Shown: positions 53,249 through 62,550 of the stretch, in pieces
Layout: each line of letters opens with the position of its first letter
Numbering within the stretch: the stretch's first letter is position 1
Assembly (NCBI GenBank): GCA_964654855.1
Contig: CAZZJS010000001.1
Coordinates: forward strand, 17,772 to 81,771
Source: an uncultured Rickettsiales bacterium
Lineage (GTDB): Bacteria; Pseudomonadota; Alphaproteobacteria; Rickettsiales; JALZUV01
Length of the DNA: 64,000 nucleotides
Reading direction: 5' to 3'
The notes under the pieces: generated by a model
What the model was told of the DNA's origin: nothing
What the model saw: the letters and a program-made list of their open reading frames with translations, nothing else
Database searches by the model: none
Position numbers and translations under genes: made by a program

Positions 53249-53985
53249 TGAATATTAGCCAAAATCAGATAGAAGAGGCGTTAAAAGAAGGGTTGCAGCC
53301 GGGTGATGATGTATTGATTCATGCCTCTTTAAGCACGCTTGGGCATTTTGAAGAGGGGGTGGAGGCGCTGATTGAATCTATCTGTAATGCGGTGACCAAG
53401 GCTGGCACTGTTATCATGATGGCCGATACTCGCTCTTTTGCCAAAACGGGAACCTTCTCGCTCGATCAACCGAGTGAAACAGGTTTGCTCACAGAGCGCT
53501 TTCGTTTGATGGAAGGGGTGCGACGTTCTTGCGTGCCGATGGCTTCTTTTTGTGCGTGGGGTGCGCGGGTGGAAGAATATACGCAAACCTATCACAGCCA
53601 TTTGGATGAGTCAGCGACCATCACTCGATTGTTAGAAAATGACGGTAAAATAATGCTGATGGGCATTGGATATGAGAAATGCACGCTCTATCATCTGGCA
53701 GAAGAGCGTCATGACTTGCCGTATAATTTCTATAAGAATTTTGAAGGGGTGCTGAAAACTGAAGGGCAAGAAGATAAACCGATCTCACAGCGCTATTATG
53801 TGCGTAAAGATATGAGTGTGAAAAAGAATCCATCAATTGCGGGGGAAGTGCTTGAGAAGCGCAATCAAGCGAAAGTTATTCCATTAGGTAATGAGTATTT
53901 GCGTGTTTTTCGTGCGCGTGATTTTGATAAATGCTGTATGGATGCGTTAGAAAAAGACTCAAAAGCCTTTCTAGAAAAAGCGTAA
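53248..53985 (+). CDS. AAC(3)-family (Antibiotic_NAT fold) N-acetyltransferase, probably sugar-directed
   Basis: The GDDVLIHASLSTLG motif is typical of aminoglycoside N3-acetyltransferase-fold enzymes. The gene is embedded in a polysaccharide operon. Confidence 0.7.
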   Translation: MNISQNQIEEALKEGLQPGDDVLIHASLSTLGHFEEGVEALIESICNAVTKAGTVIMMADTRSFAKTGTFSLDQPSETGLLTERFRLMEGVRRSCVPMASFCAWGARVEEYTQTYHSHLDESATITRLLENDGKIMLMGIGYEKCTLYHLAEERHDLPYNFYKNFEGVLKTEGQEDKPISQRYYVRKDMSVKKNPSIAGEVLEKRNQAKVIPLGNEYLRVFRARDFDKCCMDALEKDSKAFLEKA

Positions 53986-54000
53986 TAAGGAACCGTAATC

Positions 54001-54744
54001 ATGATGAATGTTGAAGACGTAAAAGCAAAAATTGGTGATATCCCTTATATGACCATCGAGCAGGCGCAGCGTATGAATGACTTTATTATAAAGCATGATT
54101 TACGTTCTGTTATTGAGTTAGGTTTTTTTCATGGTGCCTCTACCTGCTATATCGCCAATGCTGTTTCGCAATTAGAGGGAGGCTCTGTTGTTGCAATTGA
54201 TAAAGAGCGGGCAAAAACACTTGATCCAAATGTTGAAGGCTTATTAGAAAACATTGGTGTGCGTGAATATGTGAAAGTTCATTATGAGCCAACGTCTTAC
54301 CTCTGGCGCTTGATGAAGATGTTGGAAGAAGATCCAAGACCTCGTTTTGATCTATGTTATTTAGACGGCGCGCATAACTGGTTTGTTGATGGTTTTGCCT
54401 TTTTCCTCATTGATAAATTGATGAAACCTGGTGGTTGGATCATTATGGATGACCTCGAATTTCGTTATGACCATAGTCAGGGTTTGCGAGGCACTGATAC
54501 GCTCAAAAATATGCCTAAAGATGAACGCGAATGTCCTCAGTTACGTAAGGTTTATGAGTTGTTGATTAAAACTCAACCTGGTTATGGTAACTTTCGTGAA
54601 GAAGATAACTGGGCGTTTGCGCAAAAAATTTCTGAAGGCGGTGCAGGTCCAGCGCAGGTTACGACTGAGGTTATCGTGCAAGAAAAGCATATTGGCCTTG
54701 GGGCTGCTTTGATTAAGTTAGGTCGCCGTTTAGGTATGCGTTAA
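54001..54744 (+). CDS. Class I SAM-dependent methyltransferase (Methyltransf_24 / O-MT-like)
   Basis: [12 protein letters not shown] and [11 protein letters not shown] are SAM-binding and acidic-loop motifs. Confidence 0.65.
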   Translation: MMNVEDVKAKIGDIPYMTIEQAQRMNDFIIKHDLRSVIELGFFHGASTCYIANAVSQLEGGSVVAIDKERAKTLDPNVEGLLENIGVREYVKVHYEPTSYLWRLMKMLEEDPRPRFDLCYLDGAHNWFVDGFAFFLIDKLMKPGGWIIMDDLEFRYDHSQGLRGTDTLKNMPKDERECPQLRKVYELLIKTQPGYGNFREEDNWAFAQKISEGGAGPAQVTTEVIVQEKHIGLGAALIKLGRRLGMR

Positions 54745-55751
54745 ATTTTATAATAATCGCGATACCAGTCGATAAATTCGCGCACACCTTCCTGCACGGT
54801 GATGGAAGGCTTATAACCTGTATGTTTTACCAATTCTGATACGTCGGATAGATTATCGGCAATATCGCCGGGCTGTAACGGCAGTAACTCACGTTCTGCT
54901 TTCATGCCTAATACTTCCTCAATCGTTTCGACATATTCGATCAATTTGACGGAACGGTTATTGCCAATATTTAAAAGGCGGAAGGGGGCGAAGCTGGTTG
55001 CGACATCTGGATTTTTACTATCCCAATCGGGGTTAGGTTTGGCGATATCGTCGCTGCTGCGCAGAATGCCCTCTACAATATCGGTAATATAAGTGAAGTC
55101 GCGTGTGTGATTGCCATGATTGAACAGCTGGATAGGCTTACCTTCCAAAATATTCTTCGTGAAAATAAACAGCGCCATATCGGGGCGACCCCACGTTCCA
55201 TAAGCGGTGAAGAAGCGTAAACCCGTGGTCGGGATCTTGAACAAGTTGCTATATGCATGCGCCATCAGTTCATTTGCACGCTTAGTTGCGGCGTAAAATT
55301 GCAATGGATGGGCGGTAGTTTGATGCTCCGAAAAAGGGATGTCACTATTGGCACCATAGACACCAGAAGTAGAGGCGTAGGTAAGATGTGGCACTTGCTG
55401 ATAGCGGCAAGCTTCTAACATATTGGTGAAGGCAATGAGGTTGGATTCTACATAATCTTCCGGATGTTCCATACTATGGCGCACACCTGCTTGTGCTGCC
55501 AAATGGATAACCCGGTCAAACTTATGTTCGCTAAAGCATGTATCAATTGCGTTTTTATTTGCGAGATTTTCGCGATAGAAATGATAGTCGCCGCCTAGAT
55601 TATTGAGAATTTCAAGGCGAGCCGCTTTAAGCTTTGGGTCGTAATAGTCATTCACACTATCAAAGCCGACCACACTATGGCCACGTTCAAGCAAAGTCTT
55701 AGCAGTATGAAAGCCGATAAAACCTGCATTGCCTGTAACGAGGTATTTCAC
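54741..55751 (-). CDS. NAD-dependent nucleotide-sugar (UDP-uronate) 4-epimerase
   Basis: [11 protein letters not shown] Rossmann motif and catalytic S...YxxxK ([13 protein letters not shown]). About 336 aa, like the UDP-glucuronate/GalNAcA 4-epimerase group. Confidence 0.85.
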   Translation of the reverse strand: MKYLVTGNAGFIGFHTAKTLLERGHSVVGFDSVNDYYDPKLKAARLEILNNLGGDYHFYRENLANKNAIDTCFSEHKFDRVIHLAAQAGVRHSMEHPEDYVESNLIAFTNMLEACRYQQVPHLTYASTSGVYGANSDIPFSEHQTTAHPLQFYAATKRANELMAHAYSNLFKIPTTGLRFFTAYGTWGRPDMALFIFTKNILEGKPIQLFNHGNHTRDFTYITDIVEGILRSSDDIAKPNPDWDSKNPDVATSFAPFRLLNIGNNRSVKLIEYVETIEEVLGMKAERELLPLQPGDIADNLSDVSELVKHTGYKPSITVQEGVREFIDWYRDYYKI

Positions 55752-57025
55752 TAGAGGCGTTCCTCGCTTTTTGAGATACCAAACAGGCCCTTCACATCAT
55801 AAAGTACACCATCCGGCTTGCAGAAGTTGCGAATTTCATCGGCACCCATGGCGATAAATTGCTCATGCCCTACAGCCACGATCACCGCATCATAAGCGCC
55901 TGTTTGCGGTGAGTGAGTGAGGTTGATGTTATATTCATGCTGCGCATCTTCATCGCTTACCCAAGGATCATGCACATCAACCATTGCATGGTATGATTCC
56001 AGCTCGCGGATGACATCAATCACGCGAGAATTTCGCAAATCTGGGCAGTTTTCTTTAAAGGTAAGTCCCATAACTAAAATCTTGCTAGTCGCAACATTTA
56101 GTTTCGCCTTTAGCATAAGGCGGATGACGCGTTCGGCCAAATACTTGCCCATCGTATCATTGATACGGCGGCCTGCGAGAATCACCTCTGGGTGGTAACC
56201 AATCTGCTGGGCGCGATAGGTGAGGTAGTAAGGGTCAACTCCAATGCAGTGCCCGCCAACTAAGCCGGGTTTGAAAGGAAGGAAGTTCCATTTCGTGCTG
56301 GCAGCAGTCAATACTTCTTGTGTGTCAATGCCGAGCTTGTGGAAGATAATGGAAAGCTCATTCATAAAGGCGATGTTGAGATCACGCTGTGCATTCTCAA
56401 TCACTTTGGCTGCTTCTGCCACTTCGATGGATGAAGCTTTATGTGTGCCTGCTGTGATGATAGAGGCATAGGTTGCGTCAACTGCATCTGCCACTTCTGG
56501 TGTGGAACCACTGGTGACTTTCACAATATCGGTAATACCGCGATTTTTATCGCCGGGGTTAATGCGTTCAGGGCTATAGCCGGTGAAGAAATCTACATTA
56601 TGTTTGAGACCAGATTCACGCTCTAAAATTTCGACACCGTAATTTTGTACGCAGCCGGGGAACACGGTCGATTCATAAACCACAATCGCGCCTTTGGGCA
56701 TCACTTCCCCGACTAGCTCAGACGCTTTTTTGAACGGATGGAGGTCAGGCTGTTTAGCGGCGTTAATAGGTGTGGGAACAGTGATGATAAAGAGCTTACA
56801 GTTCTTCAAATCATCTGCATTGCTGGTGAAGGAAAGCTGTGATGCGGCAGTAAACTCGTCTGCACTCACTTCTAAGTTTTTATCGTCACCTTGCTGCAAT
56901 GCTTCAATACGTTCTTTTGCAATATCAAAGCCTATTACAGAGCGCTTTTTGCCAAATGCGACAGCAAGCGGAAGCCCAACATAGCCAAGCCCAATGATAG
57001 CAATTTTATCGGTATCGAGAATCAT
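55751..57025 (-). CDS. UDP-sugar 6-dehydrogenase (TviB/WbpO/VipA-like)
   Basis: [21 protein letters not shown] motif and catalytic Cys in [11 protein letters not shown]. About 424 aa. Confidence 0.9.
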   Translation of the reverse strand: MILDTDKIAIIGLGYVGLPLAVAFGKKRSVIGFDIAKERIEALQQGDDKNLEVSADEFTAASQLSFTSNADDLKNCKLFIITVPTPINAAKQPDLHPFKKASELVGEVMPKGAIVVYESTVFPGCVQNYGVEILERESGLKHNVDFFTGYSPERINPGDKNRGITDIVKVTSGSTPEVADAVDATYASIITAGTHKASSIEVAEAAKVIENAQRDLNIAFMNELSIIFHKLGIDTQEVLTAASTKWNFLPFKPGLVGGHCIGVDPYYLTYRAQQIGYHPEVILAGRRINDTMGKYLAERVIRLMLKAKLNVATSKILVMGLTFKENCPDLRNSRVIDVIRELESYHAMVDVHDPWVSDEDAQHEYNINLTHSPQTGAYDAVIVAVGHEQFIAMGADEIRNFCKPDGVLYDVKGLFGISKSEERL

Positions 57026-58491
57026 GAGGTGGTGCTTCGCTTTTCGAAAGATTGTGTAGAAGGTTGAATATTTTGTACCATGCTACGGCATTGTTCAACG
57101 ACATCAAGTTTTGGTTTGGTGCCTGCGAACATCACGATTAGGGTTTTAATGGCGATGCGTATATCTAGCCACAAAGACATGTTCTGAATATACCAGAGAT
57201 CGAGCACCAGCTTTTGTTCTGGTGTTAGGTGATCTCCGCCATGAATTTGTGCCCACCCACTGACTCCAGGGCGAACACTGAGGCGCACCTCGCCACCTTT
57301 AGGTTGATCTTCCGGTAAGAGAGGGCGGGGGCCAATGAATGACATTTTCCCGCTTAAAATATGGAAAAGTTGTGGTAATTCATCCAAGCGTAAATTTCGG
57401 ATCATTTTGCCAATAATGGAGCTGCGATTCTCATCATCTGCCTTATGATCTAGACGTTCTTGGTCTAGCCTGCGACCTGTTGGTTTCATCGTACGAAATT
57501 TATAGAGTCGGAAGTTTTTATCAAAACGCCCAGGGCGCTGCTGCCAGAAGAAAGCAGGTAATCCAACGTCCAAGATAACGAAGATAAAAGTGAAGAAAAT
57601 AAGAGGTGCCAATAGGATTAAGAAAATCAAAGCGCCGCTAATATCGAGTGCTCGTTTAAGAGGTAGGTAGCCATTATTAGCTGCATCTTCAAAACTTTGT
57701 GAGGCATTGACTTTAGGTTTAACATTATCCAATGCAAGAGGGGAAGTGGGCACAATGTCCTGACCAAAATGGACAAGTTTCACGTTATAGTCTTCTTGTA
57801 GATTAGCTAGAACTTGTTGATTGCCGCGGGTTAATTCATCAAATGGATAAGACAAAATAATCTGATTGATACGAATACCGTGCACAAGAAAACGCTCAAG
57901 CAGTTCGGGGATTTGTTTAATGTTGCCCAAAATAGTGTGTTTGTGGAAAGCGCGTCCATGAAGTTGTTCATCCTCATCAATCAAACCTTCAACGATGATT
58001 GCGCCGGGTAAAATACGTTCGGAAAATGAAAGGTAAAGCTCTGACACGTGATTGACTCCGATAATCAGGATGCTCTGTCCTTTACTGTCTGTTTGCTGTT
58101 TGATGGGTCCCCAAATACGACGTACAAGCAAGCGGCTACCGCACATGCTAAGGATACAAAAGGCCCAGTGAATAGGCGGAACCGAACGCGGTATAACATC
58201 TAGGCGATCAAGCAAAAATAGCAGGCTGTTACTGCATAGAACAATGAGCGTAATGCTTAAAATGACATTGCGTAAATCTTTTTGTGAGGTGAAACGCCAT
58301 ACACTGTTATGGGTATTAAAGAAAATAAGGATAGGGGCTGATGTTAGTAAAGTGCTTGTCACGACTTTGAGTAAGTCATAAGGCTGTTGCGGTTCTTCGA
58401 TAAACGAAATACCATTACGCAAGTAAAGCGCAGTGAGTAGCGCTGCGCAGATGCAAGCCATATCAAAAAAGAAATACAGATATTTTTTCAT
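57022..58491 (-). CDS. Polyprenyl-phosphate sugar-1-phosphate transferase (large WbaP-type PGT)
   Basis: Four N-terminal TM segments, a central Rossmann-like domain, and a C-terminal bacterial sugar transferase domain (KRALDISGALIFLILLAPL, YKFRTM, DELPQLFHILSGKMSFIGPRP). Confidence 0.9.
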   Translation of the reverse strand: MKKYLYFFFDMACICAALLTALYLRNGISFIEEPQQPYDLLKVVTSTLLTSAPILIFFNTHNSVWRFTSQKDLRNVILSITLIVLCSNSLLFLLDRLDVIPRSVPPIHWAFCILSMCGSRLLVRRIWGPIKQQTDSKGQSILIIGVNHVSELYLSFSERILPGAIIVEGLIDEDEQLHGRAFHKHTILGNIKQIPELLERFLVHGIRINQIILSYPFDELTRGNQQVLANLQEDYNVKLVHFGQDIVPTSPLALDNVKPKVNASQSFEDAANNGYLPLKRALDISGALIFLILLAPLIFFTFIFVILDVGLPAFFWQQRPGRFDKNFRLYKFRTMKPTGRRLDQERLDHKADDENRSSIIGKMIRNLRLDELPQLFHILSGKMSFIGPRPLLPEDQPKGGEVRLSVRPGVSGWAQIHGGDHLTPEQKLVLDLWYIQNMSLWLDIRIAIKTLIVMFAGTKPKLDVVEQCRSMVQNIQPSTQSFEKRSTTS

Positions 58492-58617
58492 TCTTATCCC
58501 TATATACGCATCATAAATGCTGATGAAGCAAGTGCAATAAATTCGCCTGTTTCAGTCCTCTATTTTGGTCTTTTAGGAGAAAATACTTCTGAAATGATCC
58601 TTTAAGGAGAGGTAGGG

Positions 58618-59271
58618 TTAAGGGGTGTCACTGTTTTGCGCCTGTTTCATTTGCTCCAATAAACTATCAAGTGAGTCAATGTTCAGCATTGTACGTATTT
58701 TGCGTCGGCGATTAGTAGAGGCCTTGGTCAGAACCTCTATATCTTGCAGAGCAATATCTTGCGCCTCTTCATCAAAGATAGGAAAGAAATGTATGGCAAA
58801 AAGTGTGCGTTTTTCTGCAAGCCAAGCTTCCCGTGGCGCCACAAGAGCAGCTTGTTTATAAGCCTGCAAAGCATCGCTATTAAACCCACCATGCTGGATG
58901 TGAGTAACTGCTTTAGTGAACCAGCCATTTCCGTCTTTTGGTTGGCATTGAAGGTGTTTTTCCAATGTTTCAAGAATGATGTTCAGTGTTGCATCTATTT
59001 CATCAAAATTATTATGAGCCGTATGATGCGCGTATTTCGCATTATAGAGTGAGGTAAGGTCTCTATAAAAATTGCCATGGCAGAAATTATAACTAGCCAT
59101 GCGTTGATAATCTTCAATGGCAGCTTCAACATCCGAAAGGGTAATATTTTTTTCGGGATGTTTAATATCTGAAATTAAAGTTTGGTATTTTAAGCGAACA
59201 TACTCAGAGGGTAAAATGGAAACGATCCAAAGCACTGCACATAACGTTAGAAAGCTAGCCAGAATATGCAT
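58618..59271 (-). CDS. Hypothetical membrane-anchored helical protein
   Basis: N-terminal TM segment ILASFLTLCAVLWIVSIL followed by a helical (TPR-like?) region. It lies between the PGT and wzc copy 2, 3 nt after the wzc stop. Confidence 0.55.
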   Translation of the reverse strand: MHILASFLTLCAVLWIVSILPSEYVRLKYQTLISDIKHPEKNITLSDVEAAIEDYQRMASYNFCHGNFYRDLTSLYNAKYAHHTAHNNFDEIDATLNIILETLEKHLQCQPKDGNGWFTKAVTHIQHGGFNSDALQAYKQAALVAPREAWLAEKRTLFAIHFFPIFDEEAQDIALQDIEVLTKASTNRRRKIRTMLNIDSLDSLLEQMKQAQNSDTP

Positions 59272-59274
59272 TCA

Positions 59275-61551
59275 TTATCTTTCGGAATAATCTTCGTAAG
59301 TATAGTAACCATATTGGCTGGCTCTATCGCTATCAACCAAAGTTAGAAGTGATCCTACCATTTTATCATGCACCTCTGGTGACCGCTCAAGCGCACGACT
59401 AATGATTTCCCTATCTGTTTTTCCCCAGCGTGTAAGGAAGATAAAGCTATCAACGACATTAGCGATAACACGAGCATCTACGATATGCCCAATAGGGGGT
59501 AAGTCAATAATCACCACATCGAACACTTTTTGTAAATGTCCCACAAGCGCATTCATTTGCCCTGAAGCAATAAGATTTAGGTTATTGATTGAAGTAGCGC
59601 GGCCCTTCGCCGGAATAAAAAAGAGTTTTTGTTTATCTACCTTATAGCAAACGGATGACAGATCGGAGAGCACTTCTTCGCGTGTTTCCGTTCCAAGTCG
59701 AGAAGCAAGTTCATAAAAACCGAGTTCCGCTTTAGGTGTAAACCATCGAGTAAGGCTTGGGCGGCGGAAATCACAGTCAATCAAGGCTACTTTTTTGCCA
59801 GCAAGCGCGAAATGTTTGGCAAGAATACAGGAAGTAACAGATTTACCCTCACCAGAATTAGCAGAGACAAAAGAAATAACCCTATCTCCTTGGTTATCAA
59901 CTCCATCAAATTGTGTGGATAGTTGAATATTACGCATCACTTCAGCGGTTACGCTTGTTTGTGAGTCAAGCGATCGGGTGATTTCTTTAAACGTATTCAG
60001 GTTGAAAGGGATAGAGTTGTCTGCTTTTTGGGTAGATAATAGAGATGGATCGTAGAGGAGTTTTTTATCATCTAACTCTCCACGAGGTAACATACCCAAA
60101 CATGTGCGTTTAGTGGCGCTTTCTAAATCTTCAGTTTTCCAAATAAAACGATCTAGTTGTTTTAAGATCAAGATCAGCGCAATTCCTAAGGTCGTACCGA
60201 AAATTAAACCTGCGAGTAAAATAAGATTCTTTTTCGGCCAGCTGGGAGAGCTGGGCTCCATAGCAGAGTTAATGATGCGTGCATGAACCTGCGGAATGGA
60301 TTGTTGTTCTGTTTGCTCGTTAAACGTATCAAGCATTTTTGTATAAAGGGTGCGTGTGGATTGAGCGCGTCGTTGTAGTTCACGCAGTTCAATTTGGCTG
60401 CGTTGATTGACAATAGAAGTGTTACGAACTTTGTTGAGCTCTGTTTCGAGCGCTTTTGTTTTAGATTGTGCAATCTTGTAAGCGCTATGATAGCCAGAGG
60501 ATAACCGCTTATATTCATCAATAATGATGGCTCTAATATCACCCATTTGCTGAGAGAGGTTACGATAAGCTTGGTGATTTTTGCCTTGTTTACGGCCAAT
60601 TTCAGTTGCCCGACGTGCAAGTGCAATATGCTCATTACGTAACTTCGTAATAATGCCGTTTTTGAGCGTATCGCTCGTTATGATATTCGTGTTTCCTGAT
60701 GCTAAAATATTATCGATTGATTCGTGCTGAGCCTTTGCATGAGCCGCTTCCGTACGTGCTTTACTAAGGTTAATATTAAGCTCGGAGAGTTGTTGATCGG
60801 AAATTGAAATATGGTTAAATTGCTGCAGAATATTGTTTTTCTCCTTATAGGCTTCGACGGCTTTTTCAGAGGTGGTTAGTTCTTCTCTTAGCTTATCTAG
60901 TCGAACCTTTAGCCAGTCATTCGTGCGCTGAGATACTTCATAGAAAGACTCAAGTTCATCTTCTAAATAAGTTTCTGCGATTAAGTTAGCTCTGTAAGCG
61001 GCTGTTTTAGGGCTTCCAGATTGATAGCTAATTTTGAGTACAAAGGCTTGATCAACACGCTCAACTTTAAGGCCACGGCGAAATGCATGGAAGCGTGCAT
61101 TTTTAACTAATTCGAGCTGTTCTTCAGTATTTGTATTGTTTTTTCGTCCAAAAATTTTGTTTTTGATAGAGCTAACAAAATCGTTTGCTTGAGGTGCAGA
61201 AAGATTTTCATATAAATTAGCGCGTTGAGCCGCTTTCTCTAATAACTTATTGGATTTAATTACTTCGATTTGGCTATCTAGGACAAGTTTTTCTTTAAAG
61301 CCCAGATAGTTGGTGACATCAGGTAGAGCGCTTTGGAGTCTTGGATCGATTAGAATAGAGGTTGAGGCTGTGTAGCGAGGCGCTGCGACGCCGATGTAAA
61401 TAACGCTGAGGGCTACACCACCGAGAACACAAAGAAAAAGCAACTTAGAATAGCGGTGTAAAATTGCGATTGTCTCTTGGAAAGAAATGAGATTGTCGAA
61501 CTCAAAACCTTGCTCATCATGGGTCGAAATTTGTGTTTGTACGTCTGACAT
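59275..61551 (-). CDS. wzc: Polysaccharide co-polymerase / BY-family tyrosine autokinase (Wzc/GumC-like), copy 2
   Basis: Same architecture as copy 1: Walker A SANSGEGKSV, CDFRRPSL, VVIIDLPP and a Tyr-rich tail (QYGYYTYEDY). By eye it is roughly 40-50 percent identical to copy 1. Confidence 0.9.
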   Translation of the reverse strand: MSDVQTQISTHDEQGFEFDNLISFQETIAILHRYSKLLFLCVLGGVALSVIYIGVAAPRYTASTSILIDPRLQSALPDVTNYLGFKEKLVLDSQIEVIKSNKLLEKAAQRANLYENLSAPQANDFVSSIKNKIFGRKNNTNTEEQLELVKNARFHAFRRGLKVERVDQAFVLKISYQSGSPKTAAYRANLIAETYLEDELESFYEVSQRTNDWLKVRLDKLREELTTSEKAVEAYKEKNNILQQFNHISISDQQLSELNINLSKARTEAAHAKAQHESIDNILASGNTNIITSDTLKNGIITKLRNEHIALARRATEIGRKQGKNHQAYRNLSQQMGDIRAIIIDEYKRLSSGYHSAYKIAQSKTKALETELNKVRNTSIVNQRSQIELRELQRRAQSTRTLYTKMLDTFNEQTEQQSIPQVHARIINSAMEPSSPSWPKKNLILLAGLIFGTTLGIALILILKQLDRFIWKTEDLESATKRTCLGMLPRGELDDKKLLYDPSLLSTQKADNSIPFNLNTFKEITRSLDSQTSVTAEVMRNIQLSTQFDGVDNQGDRVISFVSANSGEGKSVTSCILAKHFALAGKKVALIDCDFRRPSLTRWFTPKAELGFYELASRLGTETREEVLSDLSSVCYKVDKQKLFFIPAKGRATSINNLNLIASGQMNALVGHLQKVFDVVIIDLPPIGHIVDARVIANVVDSFIFLTRWGKTDREIISRALERSPEVHDKMVGSLLTLVDSDRASQYGYYTYEDYSER

Positions 61552-61643
61552 TTTTTAAATTTTAGCACACCTTACGATTGCAAGATTTTCCTTACCTTTC
61601 GCTTGTATGGATTATTGATGCCGCTGACAACTAATTAAATCTA

Positions 61644-62519
61644 TTACGTGGTTGGACTGGTGGAACCAGGGCCGCCTGTGCCGCCACCTGTGCCCGAACT
61701 GCCGCTATCAGGCGGCGGAGGTGGAGGCGGCGGAGGTGGAGGTGGAGGTGGAGGTGGAGGTGGAGGTGGAGGAGATGGTGGAGGCGTGTTTGTTCCTGAA
61801 CCTGGCTCACTCGTTTGTGGGGGCGTGACAGCAGTGGTTTGGATGCTATTCGTGCCGTCATCTTCTATCGCGAGCGCACTGACGCCTGTCCAAGGATCGG
61901 CAAATACTGTATCATTTTGCACATAATTAACGGAAGAAAGGTCTCGGCTAATGAACCTAATTTGACGATTAGAGCCTGCAACGCCGCCTTGACTTGCAAT
62001 AGGGTTAAAGCCGCCACCCGGTGCGTAAGAAATACCAATACGAACAGGTTTCAGAACCTTGCTTGAGAATGCGCTATTAACAGGGCCGATTGCGTTATAG
62101 GTGATTTGTGTGCTCAGGCTGCCCAGACGAGTTACGCTTTCGCTCACCTCTTTGATGATTTTAGCTAATGATCCGCGAACCGCTCTTGCGAGGCCAGCGC
62201 CAATCGCACCAGCTTGATCAAAGGTAGCGCGTTGTGATGCGCGCAGAATTTTATCGACCAATGATGAATCTGCTGAAACAGCTTGGGTGACGTATCTTGC
62301 CATTTGTGGGCCGCCACGAGGGAAGCTTTCAAGCAATGAATAAGGGGCTGTTTTAATAACGGCGATTTGTGCGCGCGAAAAGATTGGAGGTTTTTGCTTT
62401 AATACAGCCCTTTGATTTGCGTTTGCAATTTCTGCGGTTACTTTTTTTTCGTTCGCCAGTGCGGGTGCCGCGAAGAGAACGGCGCATAAAAAAGTTAAGA
62501 ATGTTGCTTTATAGCTCAT
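61644..62519 (-). CDS. Secreted protein with C-terminal polyproline tract
   Basis: Signal peptide MSYKATFLTFLCAVLFAAPALA. A ~250-aa domain without motifs I recognise is followed by TPPPS, 21 consecutive Pro, and a Gly/Ser/Thr-rich tail. Confidence 0.7.
   Translation of the reverse strand: MSYKATFLTFLCAVLFAAPALANEKKVTAEIANANQRAVLKQKPPIFSRAQIAVIKTAPYSLLESFPRGGPQMARYVTQAVSADSSLVDKILRASQRATFDQAGAIGAGLARAVRGSLAKIIKEVSESVTRLGSLSTQITYNAIGPVNSAFSSKVLKPVRIGISYAPGGGFNPIASQGGVAGSNRQIRFISRDLSSVNYVQNDTVFADPWTGVSALAIEDDGTNSIQTTAVTPPQTSEPGSGTNTPPPSPPPPPPPPPPPPPPPPPPPPPDSGSSGTGGGTGGPGSTSPTT
61710..61784. repeat. Simple sequence repeat (GGN)n / (CCN)n, mostly GGTGGA hexamer units
   Basis: ggcggcggaggtggaggcggcggaggtgga followed by (ggtgga) repeats on the + strand. 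It encodes the polyproline run on the - strand and creates spurious poly-Gly and His-Leu ORFs in other frames. Confidence 0.9.
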
Positions 62520-62550
62520 TGATATATAATGACTTTTGTAGACTAAAAAG

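Noticed and set aside
61631-61926. ORFs 61648-61926 (+, poly-Gly) and 61631-61861 (-, HLHLHL repeat) in the six-frame track.
   Set aside because: They are alternative-frame or antisense readings of the (GGN)n simple repeat that encodes the polyproline tract of the 61644-62519 gene. They have no independent start context.
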